Shown: in pieces, positions 36,107 to 47,463 of the stretch
Layout of the letters: every line of letters begins with the position of its first letter
Numbering within the stretch: position 1 is the stretch's first letter
Source: an uncultured Verrucomicrobiota bacterium
GTDB lineage: Bacteria > Verrucomicrobiota > Kiritimatiellia > CAIKKV01 > CAITUY01
DNA length: 56,941 nt
Direction of reading: 5' to 3'
NCBI GenBank assembly: GCA_964404035.1
Contig: CAYOIT010000004.1
Location: 1 to 56,941, forward strand
Notes under the pieces: generated by a model
The model's database searches: none
Seen by the model: only the letters and a program-made list of their open reading frames with translations
Told to the model about the DNA's origin: nothing
Made by a program: the position numbers and the translations under genes

Positions 36107-36951
36107 ATCCGGACCGGTCAGGTGACCCTGGCCTCTCCCCGAGTCGCGCCTGGACCGCCAACTGGCACACGCACACGGCCCGCTGCAAGCATGCCATCGG
36201 AACGGTGACCGACTATTGCGCGGCGGCCGCCGCCTATGGCCTGGCTGATCTCGGCATCTCGGACCATGTGCCCTTTGCCGATGGCCGCTGGCTCAGCGTT
36301 CGCATGGAGATCTCGGAATTGCCCGCTTACCGTGCCGAGATTGACGCCGCGCGTCCGCTCTTCCCGGGGCTGCGCCTGTGGGCCGGCATGGAGTGTGAGT
36401 TCCGGGCGGACCTCGGCAGTTTCTATCGCGACGTCCTGCTTCACGAACAGCGCCTGGATTACCTGGTGGGCGCGGTACACTGGTTTCCGTTCCACGGCGC
36501 CTGGGTCGGGTGGGAGGATAGCGGGGTGCGGAATAGCCCCAAGGCGCTGGCGGCCTACGTGACACACATTATCGATTGCATGCGATCGGGGCTGTTCCTG
36601 TTCATGGCGCACCCGGACGCTTTCGGGTGTTTCTACGAAAGCTGGGACGCTGAGACGGCGGCGGCGAGTGGTGACATCCTCGATGCGGCTCGCGAGTTGG
36701 GCGTGCCTCTGGAAATCAACGCCTACGGCCTCCGCAAACCTTGCATGGAGACTCCGCAGGGGAGCCGGCGGCAGTATCCGTGGGAACCGTTCTGGCAGCT
36801 GGCCGGTGAACGTGGAACGCCGGCGGTGGTCAATTCCGACGCTCATCGTCCCGAGGACATTGCCGGCGAAGTGGATGTGGCGCTGGCCTGGGCGGCGCGC
36901 CACGGCGTGCGACTTGTGGAATTGAAGCCCGGCGCGGCGCCACGAACCTGA
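36094..36951 (+). CDS. PHP-domain histidinol-phosphatase (HisJ) family protein
   Basis: PHP motifs (WHTHTARCKHA, GISDHVPF, GMECE, FMAHPD, NSDAH). Confidence 0.8.
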   Translation: MEEIDPDRSGDPGLSPSRAWTANWHTHTARCKHAIGTVTDYCAAAAAYGLADLGISDHVPFADGRWLSVRMEISELPAYRAEIDAARPLFPGLRLWAGMECEFRADLGSFYRDVLLHEQRLDYLVGAVHWFPFHGAWVGWEDSGVRNSPKALAAYVTHIIDCMRSGLFLFMAHPDAFGCFYESWDAETAAASGDILDAARELGVPLEINAYGLRKPCMETPQGSRRQYPWEPFWQLAGERGTPAVVNSDAHRPEDIAGEVDVALAWAARHGVRLVELKPGAAPRT

Positions 36952-37039
36952 TGCCTTGTTTCATGTTTCTTTGTCAAGAAGGCCGATTCGGGATAGCTTG
37001 CGGTGGTGTACGAGAACTCTTTGCAGAGGAGTGATAACG

Positions 37040-37960
37040 ATGGCGAGACTGATTCATCCGTATGGTGACTTGACCGGCGGCGAGTGGTTGAAAGGGAATC
37101 TTCACGCCCATACCACCCAAAGCGATGGTTCCCGTTCCCCTCAGGCCGTGATCGACGACTATGCGGGCCGTGGCTACGGGTTCCTGATGCTCTCCGACCA
37201 TGAGGTCCTGACGTCCGAGGAGACCTATCGGGGCTGAGACAGCCGGGGACTGATCCTCATCCCGGGCAATGAGATCGCCGGCGGGTCCCATCTCCTGCAC
37301 GTGGATGCCGACCGGCGTGTGCTGCCCGTGGCCAGTCGCCAGGAAATTCTCAACGCCATCGTGGACGCCGCGGCGATGGGACGCGGTTTTGCCATTGTCA
37401 ACCACCCGAACTGGGAGGCGCAGTTCAATCACGCCTCGATCGAGCAGATGCGGGAGTGGACGGGCTACCTCGGGATGGAGATCTTCAACGGCGTGGTCGG
37501 ACGGTTGGATGGGAGCCAATATGCGCTCGATAAATGGGACCTGCTGCTTAGCGAAGGACGGCGCGTCTGGGGCTTTGCCAACGATGACAGCCATCGGGGA
37601 ACCGAGGAAGTCGGACTGGGTTGGAATCAGGCGTATGTGAAGCACCGCAGTGTGCGCGGTGTGGTTGAGGCGTTGCGCAACGGGCGCTTCTATGCCTCCA
37701 CCGGCGTGGTGATCAAGTCGATCCAGGTGGAGGGCCTGCGGGTCCGGATCGAAACCGAAAACGCCCACCGGATTGTCGGGGTTCAAAATACCGGCAGGCG
37801 CTTTGCGGTGACCGACCAGTCGGTCATCGACGTTGAAGTCCCGGCGCGAGCCAAGTATGCCCGCTTTGCGTGCTGGGGCTGCGGGGAGCAGATGGCCTGG
37901 ACGCAGCCGTTCTTCATTGAGGACGATCCCGCCGCGGCGATGAACCTGACCGAGTGTTGA
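37040..37960 (+). pseudogene. PHP-domain phosphoesterase interrupted by a single in-frame TGA (37235..37237)
   Basis: GAGGAG RBS before ATG 37040. The N-terminal part carries the PHP motif (NLHAHTTQSDG, LSDHE). After the TGA the same frame continues with the expected PHP motifs (LILIPGNEI, HLLHV, VNHPNW, NDDSH). ORFs 36956..37237 and 37301..37960 share one frame. Confidence 0.7.
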
Positions 37961-38021
37961 GTGCGCAGGTCGCGCACGAGGACGTTGAGTTCCTTCTTCA
38001 CAACCCAATTGAGGCGTCGAT

Positions 38022-39620
38022 ATGGTAACCAGTCAGAGTTCCTTGGTCAGCGTTCCCGTGTGGCAGGTCTCAGAAATCACGCTGACGAGTTCCATCCATT
38101 ATCAGAACCCGTTCGCCGCAGTTGAACTGACGGCCAAGTTTACCGGGCCGAACGGTGAGCAAGTGGTCCGGCCGGGTTTCTGGGACGGGGACGATGGCTG
38201 GAAGGTGCGTTTTGCTCCGACGGCCGTCGGCACCTGGCATTGGCGTACCGAGTGCTCGGACGTTGGGAACACCGGGCTACACGGAAAGACCGGAGTCCTC
38301 GACAGTGAACCCTATTCCGGCGCCAACCCCGTGTACCGCCATGGCTTTCTCAAGGTCAGTGCGAATGGCCGTTACTTCACGCATGCCGATGGCACTCCCT
38401 TCTTCTGGCTGGGTGACACTCATTGGCAGATGCCCGACACCGAAAAGACCGACGAGTGTAATCATCCTGAGCATGGGGGCGGGGTGTGTCCCCATGGCGG
38501 ACAGTTTCAGCATCTCGCGGCCGACCGCAAGGCCCGCGGTTTCACGGTGTATCAGACGTATCCCGCGGCCACGGCCCAGCACTGGTGGAAAACGAAGTAC
38601 ACCGAGATCGATCCGGTGCGCTTCCAGCGCGTGTTCGATGTTCAGATGAATCATCTGGCGGAGCAGGGGTTCATCATCGCCCTGGGGTGTGGCCACTTCC
38701 AGAGCTCGACCGTGATTCCCGTCGATGATCTGCGGCGCTGGGCCCGTTATCTGGTGGCCCGCTATGGCGCGCATCCGGTGGTGTGGATCACGTGCCAGGA
38801 GATGAGCGCGCCCGCCGAGATGGGCGGCAAGGAAACCAATCGGATGGAGGTGTGGCGGGCGGTCGCCGAGGAGATCTCGCGCGCCGACGGGTATGGCCAT
38901 CCGCATTCGGCCCACCAATGGGTGCTCGACGTTCACGATCGTCCCCTCGGCGGTGAAGCGTGGCATGACTGGTTTGCGCTGCAGGGGGGCCACCGCAATA
39001 GCGGTCTGACCTCGCAGGCACGTTATGCCGGCTATTACGCCTTTCTCCCAACGCGGCCCGTGCTCGAGACCGAAGCCATGTACGAGCGGATTGACTGCGG
39101 CGGTGTCAATACGACGGACGAAGCGCGGATGTCGGCGTGGAAGGCCATGCTCTGCGGTTGTTCCGGGTACACGTACGGTGGCGCGGGCATCTGGGCGCTC
39201 AAATGGGACCCCGCCGATCCACGCTGGAAGGACTACAACCACCCGATTGAGGCCTGGTATGCCGGTATGGTGCTTCCCGGCGCGGCGCAGATGACCGTGC
39301 TTAAGGACGTCTTCGCATCGGTTCCCTGGACGGCCTTGGTGCCGCGCTTCGGTGATGCGGCGTGGGCCGAGTGGGCTGACCCGGAACGGTGCGCGCTGGC
39401 CACGGATGGGAATCGTCTCTATCTGGCATACTGTTACGGGGACAGTTCGCGCGGGACCTTGCAGCAGCTCGATCCGGCGGCGGCTTACACCGCGCGCTGG
39501 TTCGATCCCCGTACCGGACAAGCCACTGTGATTGCCGAGTCTTTCCGTGCTCCGGATGGCCGCTGGCCGGTTCCGGAAAAGCCGGTTGGCGACTGGCTGC
39601 TGTGGGTCCAGGTGAGGTAA
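38022..39620 (+). CDS. GH140-like glycoside hydrolase (DUF5060 N-domain plus DUF4038 catalytic domain)
   Basis: N-terminal beta-sandwich (ELTAKFTGPNGEQVVRPGFWDG...WKVRFAP...GTWHW), then the GTPFFWLGDTHW motif typical of DUF4038/GH140. Confidence 0.7.
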   Translation: MVTSQSSLVSVPVWQVSEITLTSSIHYQNPFAAVELTAKFTGPNGEQVVRPGFWDGDDGWKVRFAPTAVGTWHWRTECSDVGNTGLHGKTGVLDSEPYSGANPVYRHGFLKVSANGRYFTHADGTPFFWLGDTHWQMPDTEKTDECNHPEHGGGVCPHGGQFQHLAADRKARGFTVYQTYPAATAQHWWKTKYTEIDPVRFQRVFDVQMNHLAEQGFIIALGCGHFQSSTVIPVDDLRRWARYLVARYGAHPVVWITCQEMSAPAEMGGKETNRMEVWRAVAEEISRADGYGHPHSAHQWVLDVHDRPLGGEAWHDWFALQGGHRNSGLTSQARYAGYYAFLPTRPVLETEAMYERIDCGGVNTTDEARMSAWKAMLCGCSGYTYGGAGIWALKWDPADPRWKDYNHPIEAWYAGMVLPGAAQMTVLKDVFASVPWTALVPRFGDAAWAEWADPERCALATDGNRLYLAYCYGDSSRGTLQQLDPAAAYTARWFDPRTGQATVIAESFRAPDGRWPVPEKPVGDWLLWVQVR

Positions 39621-42878
<3,258 letters not shown>

Positions 42879-42900
42879 CCTGTCGTGGTGCCACGAAGAA

Positions 42901-42979
42901 CCCACCCCTTACCCCTCCAAGGAGGGGAACCGAATGGCGGAAACAAACGGCGATCCCCTCCTTGGAGGTAGGAGGTGGG
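42901..42979. terminator. long inverted repeat between convergent genes (candidate bidirectional terminator)
   Basis: CCTCCAAGGAGGGG (42914..42927) pairs perfectly with CCCCTCCTTGGAGG (42955..42968). Outer pair CCCACC/GGTGGG. Sits between the lacZ stop (42878) and the SGNH stop (42999). No clear U-tract. Confidence 0.4.
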
Positions 42980-42998
42980 TCGGGGCAGTCGATCGCGA

Positions 42999-43607
42999 TC
43001 AGCCGGCGGCCTGCGTGAGAACCGCTTGCGCCACCTGGTGGCCGAGGACGTCCTGTCCCTGCGTGTTAAAATGCACGCCATCGTCGGACACATACTCCGG
43101 ATGACCGATCACCAGGTCGAAGAGATTGTTGACGGGTAGTCTGTTTCTTGCCGCCAGTTTCAGGGCGAGCCGGTTCCGTTCCCGGACGCGATCGGTCTTG
43201 GGATCCACTTCTCCGGGTTTGCCGCGTTGCCACACCGGCGTTGTGTTGCCCCAGATCACTTTGGTGCCCTGACTCCTGGCCACGATGAACCGCAGCATGC
43301 CGGCAAGCCCTTTGGCATAGGCCTTTTCGTCGTAGTCCCAGCCGTGCAGGCCGTTATTGAAATGGATCACGGAGAACCGGAACTCGTCCAACAGCAGGGC
43401 CAGTTCCTTCCTCAATTTCGGGTCGCCGGCACAGCGGGACGTGGTGATCCGCGCGCACAGGAAGCGGTCCTTGAGGTCCTGCTCAACCTTGCCGAAATAA
43501 GATTGGGTGATGGAATCCCCAATGAGCAGCAGGCGGGGTTGCCCGCCAGCATCATTCGCGCCCGTTACCCAGACATTGCACCATTCGATGTATTCAAGAT
43601 TGGCCAT
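42999..43607 (-). CDS. SGNH/GDSL hydrolase
   Basis: Block I (LLLIGDSITQ), block III (NNGLHG) and block V (DGVHFN). Start set at ATG 43607, 5 nt after the upstream stop. Confidence 0.8.
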   Translation of the reverse strand: MANLEYIEWCNVWVTGANDAGGQPRLLLIGDSITQSYFGKVEQDLKDRFLCARITTSRCAGDPKLRKELALLLDEFRFSVIHFNNGLHGWDYDEKAYAKGLAGMLRFIVARSQGTKVIWGNTTPVWQRGKPGEVDPKTDRVRERNRLALKLAARNRLPVNNLFDLVIGHPEYVSDDGVHFNTQGQDVLGHQVAQAVLTQAAG

Positions 43608-43612
43608 CTCCG

Positions 43613-45346
43613 CTACCTCACTTGTGTTAATGACTTTCCAACCATCCAAGCCTCCGTCAGGTCCATGACCTCTCGTTCCCAGGCGAGTCCGTAAAAGCTG
43701 TGGTTGGCGCCGGCAATCACGTGAGATTCATGGGGAATATTGGACCGGGCACAGAACGAGGCGTAACCCGTCTTCGCTGTTTCCGTTTCGGGATCATTCG
43801 AGCCGTGAATGAGCAGCGCGCGGCCTTTGTAGGCGCGGAGCCGGTTCAGCCATTCGGTTTCGTCCCTGATCTCTCCGCCGCCGGCGACCTCCTTGGCGCC
43901 CACGGCCTTCTTAACCATCCGCATATTGACGCGAAAGGTCAGCAGTTTCCGCCAGGTTTCCGGGCGCAGCAGCTTGCGCCCGTAGAGCAGCAGTGCATGC
44001 GTCGATTTGCGGTTCTTGCTTGTGGCGTCGCGCAGGGGACCCATTGGTTCAGGCGACCAAAGTGCCAGGCCGCCCACCCGCGGGTCCGACACTGTTGTGC
44101 CGATGGCGACCTTGCACCCTGAGCAAATGGCCAGCAGGATCACGTCGCGTCCAGGATAGCGCGGCACGGCAAAGTCCAGGGCGGCGGACGTATCGGCGAT
44201 CATCGAGCGGATGGAGGCCCGGGAGGCCTCCCCGTCGCTGTCGCCGCGTCCCCGGAAATCGAAGCGCACACAGACGCAGCCGCGGGCGGTCAGGCGCCGG
44301 GCCATATGGACGAACATCCGGTGCGGACCGATCCGTGACCCGGCCCAGCCATGCAGGAAGACGACGAGCGGTCCTGTGCCGGCGGGCTCGGGTTCATGCA
44401 CGATGCCCTGCAGAACGTCACGATCCACATGCCATGCAACGGGGTGCTCCGGGGCGGGCTGGGCGCTGCGCCGTCCGGCATCGGCGGGCAACGTAGTGCC
44501 CGCCGTACAGGCTGTCGCCATGCCTCTTGGCGTTTCTCCCTGCTCCTTCATCAGCCAGGCCCGCGTCGCGTCAATCAGCGACGGGCAACTGACGAGACCC
44601 ACCAGATTCCAAAAAGGATCCTCCGGCACGGAAAGCAGATCGACGCCGTTGCCGCCGGCCAAGAGGGCGTCCTTGAGCCCCGTCAACTCCCGGGGGACGA
44701 CACCGGTTGGAGCGATCTGAACCAGAAGCGTCCGGCGGGGCGCCTGTCCGGCCCCCCGCGTGAGGTCGATGGCGCTGGTGTCGCTGAAAAGTCTGGCGGT
44801 CACCGCATAACCATCCAGATCAATGGGGGTTCCATTTTCCAGGTCCTTCAACAAGGTTGCACGGGTCACCTGGCTTTTCCCGAAGGTGACCATCTCGCGG
44901 ACCAATTTCCGCCGCAGTTCCTGATCCAGGTAACGGCGTCCGTTCAGGACGGGCTCCCAGAGAACGGCAAAATCAGCGCCAGCGTCGTTTGCGGCTCCCA
45001 CGGCCAGGGACGCGCCCAGGCGCAACCCGAGCAGGCCGAGTCGTTCCAGGGTGACCTGTTCACGAAGATACCGGGTGGCTTGGACAATGTCCTCCTGCCA
45101 GTCGGGGCAGGAGAAGGCGGCGAAATCGCCCGTGCTATCCCCGCAGCCGCGGTAGTCAAAGCGCAGCACGGCGCAGCCGGAGGCGGCCAAGGCCCGGGCG
45201 GCGTCCACCATGACACGATGGGCACTCTTGCGCTCCTCGAACAGCGGATGACACATCACCAGCCCGCACCGGCATTCGGCCGCCGGACGGTAGAGCATGC
45301 CGCAGAGGGTATCAGCGCCGCTGGGGATCTGGACGGGTTCTTCCAT
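43613..45346 (-). CDS. fused double alpha/beta-hydrolase (exosortase-A-associated hydrolase 2 / hydrolase 1-like halves)
   Basis: Two tandem alpha/beta-hydrolase halves, each with the FD(Y/F)RG.GDS motif. The nucleophile-elbow positions read GLRLG (first half) and AICSG (second half) rather than GxSxG. Start is ATG 45346, or alternatively TTG 45358. Confidence 0.7.
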   Translation of the reverse strand: MEEPVQIPSGADTLCGMLYRPAAECRCGLVMCHPLFEERKSAHRVMVDAARALAASGCAVLRFDYRGCGDSTGDFAAFSCPDWQEDIVQATRYLREQVTLERLGLLGLRLGASLAVGAANDAGADFAVLWEPVLNGRRYLDQELRRKLVREMVTFGKSQVTRATLLKDLENGTPIDLDGYAVTARLFSDTSAIDLTRGAGQAPRRTLLVQIAPTGVVPRELTGLKDALLAGGNGVDLLSVPEDPFWNLVGLVSCPSLIDATRAWLMKEQGETPRGMATACTAGTTLPADAGRRSAQPAPEHPVAWHVDRDVLQGIVHEPEPAGTGPLVVFLHGWAGSRIGPHRMFVHMARRLTARGCVCVRFDFRGRGDSDGEASRASIRSMIADTSAALDFAVPRYPGRDVILLAICSGCKVAIGTTVSDPRVGGLALWSPEPMGPLRDATSKNRKSTHALLLYGRKLLRPETWRKLLTFRVNMRMVKKAVGAKEVAGGGEIRDETEWLNRLRAYKGRALLIHGSNDPETETAKTGYASFCARSNIPHESHVIAGANHSFYGLAWEREVMDLTEAWMVGKSLTQVR

Positions 45347-45371
45347 GGTGATCAGCAAGTCGGCAATCTCA

Positions 45372-45430
45372 TCAGGAACTCAGGAACTCAGGTTTTCGAA
45401 CAAATGCCTATTCCTGATTTCCTGAGTTCC
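45372..45430. repeat. tandem TCAGGAAC repeats plus their inverted copy (12-bp perfect stem) in the ACP-hydrolase spacer
   Basis: GGAACTCAGGAA (45375..45386) is the reverse complement of TTCCTGAGTTCC (45419..45430). TCAGGAA occurs twice in tandem and TTCCTGA twice in the partner arm. Confidence 0.6.
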
Positions 45431-45464
45431 AGATGTGACGTCCCGTTGCATGCGGGGCAGAGGT

Positions 45465-45725
45465 TCATGCGGCGTCCATCTTGCCACGCACGAAGGCGGC
45501 CAGGGCGGCCACGGTTTCAAAATGCTTGATGCTGAACTCCTCGTCGGGGATGACGATGCCAAACTCTTCCTCCACGCCCACCACGAGTTCGAGCAGACTC
45601 ACCGAGTCCACCCCATAGTCGTCCATGAGGGACTTGTTGTCGTCGATCGCTTCAGGGGCGACTTTGAGAAAAAGCCGGGCCGCGATCATGCGTTTCAGTC
45701 GGTCTTCAATGCGTTCGTTAGTCAT
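45465..45725 (-). CDS. acyl carrier protein
   Basis: 86 aa and acidic, with the phosphopantetheine attachment motif (YGVDSVSLLELV). GGGAGAA RBS. Confidence 0.85.
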   Translation of the reverse strand: MTNERIEDRLKRMIAARLFLKVAPEAIDDNKSLMDDYGVDSVSLLELVVGVEEEFGIVIPDEEFSIKHFETVAALAAFVRGKMDAA

Positions 45726-45796
45726 GTGTGTTCTCCCGAAAACGTCCTATTCTAGTCACGGATGACCAGGATGACACGGATAAAGCAGAGCCGCGA

Positions 45797-46273
45797 TCAA
45801 TGCTCGGTTCCGACCTGGTGAAAAAGGTTCTGGATGGTTTTGAAGTCGATGCCGTAGAGCGCCACTTTGCGCTGGTGATCGGAGGTGATGTAGACTCCCT
45901 GGAGGTTCCGTTCCGCGTCAAAGAAGGCGGCAAACACGCAGTTGTGAACGACCTGGTGACAAAGAAACAAAAGATCGTGCGCCACGGGATGTCCGGACTT
46001 GAGGTCATACAGCACCTCGAACGAGGGCTCCCCAACGAGCACATCGGTTTTCCGATGTGCGGGGAATGCCGTCATGGGGATCGGCCGATGCACCAGGGCA
46101 TCGCTCAGGAGGAACGAGTTGATCAGGCGGCGGATGCCGTAGAACCCCAGGACGACGGTCTCTTCCAGTTTGACGGAGGAGGCTTCGCTCCAGCGATGGG
46201 GTTGGACGAGTTCGTGCAGGAGTTCAGCCTGCCTCAGGAGTTGCTGTTTCCAAGGGTACGACGTTGTGGTCAT
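45797..46273 (-). CDS. hypothetical protein (158 aa) downstream of top6A
   Basis: High GC3 on the minus strand, against low GC3 in the competing plus-strand ORF. GGAGGTG RBS 4 nt before ATG 46273. No family recognised. Confidence 0.6.
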   Translation of the reverse strand: MTTTSYPWKQQLLRQAELLHELVQPHRWSEASSVKLEETVVLGFYGIRRLINSFLLSDALVHRPIPMTAFPAHRKTDVLVGEPSFEVLYDLKSGHPVAHDLLFLCHQVVHNCVFAAFFDAERNLQGVYITSDHQRKVALYGIDFKTIQNLFHQVGTEH

Positions 46274-46305
46274 GCTCACCTCCATAACTCCGACACAGCC
46301 CCATC

Positions 46306-47463
46306 TCAGGGCAGAAACTCTTTCTTGCGCAATTTCTCCGGCAAGTAGTGTTCGAGAACGAAATTCAGCCCGTGTTTGGCGAAGGCCTGTTGTTCGATAC
46401 GCACGCCCATCTTAAGCATCTGGTTGAGCGTGTTCTGCCATTCCTTGTGGTGGAGAATGAAGGGATCGTTCTTCAGGGCATCTTTGGCCCGTTTGATATC
46501 CGCCTCTTCCAGGGGATGGGTGGCATCCTCCAGCTTGTAATCGATGATGTCCTGCGGCGTGACGCCTAGATATCTCGCCTGTGGCACGCAGAAGTAACGA
46601 TTGATATGGGCCGCCTGCCCGGAGCCCACCTTCAAGGTGCGGTAGATGTTGCAGTAGCCGTAGGGGTCGCCGTCGGTGAACACGAGCACGGGCAGCCGCT
46701 GGTCATCCGCCAGACGGCGGATAAACCGCCGGCAGGCCCGCGTCGGCACGCCGCTCATGGACACCAGGATGCAGTTGGCCGTTTCGTAAAACACATGATG
46801 CACCAAGCGCTGGAAGAGCGAGGCCGTCTCGATCACGAGGATCAGCTTGGCTTTGGATTCGAACTGCAGGTGCTCCACGCGGGAGGGAATGCTCCAGGCG
46901 CCGCTGCCCAGCTTGGCACAGTTGACCTTGATAACCTCGCCGGTAACGGGATTCCTGTCGATGACCGTGAGGGGGCCGGTCACGTCGCCACCGCGTTCCT
47001 CGGGAATGTAGCCGAGTTGCTCCCGGTTCACGCCGAGCATGGCTTCCATGTCGTCGAGAAGCGCATCGCTCTCCGGCTGCTCGTCAAACCGGCATTCGCC
47101 CCAGCTCTTGCTGTTGTAGTAGATCTCGCGCTTGCCCGCGATGTCGTCCTTGTCGAGCAGGTCCTTCTTGGTCGTGGCCATCAGCCGGACCGACTGCGCG
47201 AACGTTTTGACGGTGTTGTAGGTCAGGGTGCGGGTCGCCACTTTGCCGCGGATCTCGAAATGGCCGCGTTTCAGGTCGTAGCGCACATTCGACAGGGCGC
47301 GCACGGGGAATCGCATGCTCGGCTTCCGGTGCTTCTTGACAATATCATCGTGAATTTCGCGACTGATCTTGACGATCCGGGCACCGGCCTCCTGCTTGTC
47401 GATCACCTTCATCGTGGTGCCGGTGTCTTCGACGGCTGTTTTCGTTTTGCTCTTTGTCGCCAT
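46306..47463 (-). CDS. top6A: DNA topoisomerase VI subunit A (Spo11/Top6A)
   Basis: 5Y-CAP region with the catalytic-tyrosine motif (REIYY). Toprim acidic motifs (LVIETASLF and VFTDGDPYG) and a C-terminal IEQQA motif. Confidence 0.93.
   Translation of the reverse strand: MATKSKTKTAVEDTGTTMKVIDKQEAGARIVKISREIHDDIVKKHRKPSMRFPVRALSNVRYDLKRGHFEIRGKVATRTLTYNTVKTFAQSVRLMATTKKDLLDKDDIAGKREIYYNSKSWGECRFDEQPESDALLDDMEAMLGVNREQLGYIPEERGGDVTGPLTVIDRNPVTGEVIKVNCAKLGSGAWSIPSRVEHLQFESKAKLILVIETASLFQRLVHHVFYETANCILVSMSGVPTRACRRFIRRLADDQRLPVLVFTDGDPYGYCNIYRTLKVGSGQAAHINRYFCVPQARYLGVTPQDIIDYKLEDATHPLEEADIKRAKDALKNDPFILHHKEWQNTLNQMLKMGVRIEQQAFAKHGLNFVLEHYLPEKLRKKEFLP

Noticed and set aside
37235-37237. In-frame TGA in the PHP gene read as selenocysteine or as evidence of a reassigned genetic code.
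   Set aside because: TGA is used as a normal stop by many genes in this window (ftsH, folP, cdaA, ftsK and others). PHP phosphoesterases are not known selenoproteins. I see no obvious SECIS-like hairpin immediately downstream. A nonsense mutation or sequencing error is more parsimonious.
42935-43104. Small Cys-rich ORF (MAETNGD...CVRTACATWW...CPCVLKC) preceded by AAGGAGG.
   Set aside because: The SD-like sequence is part of the palindromic terminator-like element. The ORF runs antisense through the 3' end of a well-supported SGNH hydrolase gene and shows no coding-type GC3 bias.
45728-46348. 206-aa plus-strand ORF competing with the orphan gene downstream of top6A.
   Set aside because: Its third-position GC is clearly lower than that of the minus-strand frame. 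It has no RBS and opposes the operon direction, whereas the minus-strand ORF has a GGAGGTG RBS.
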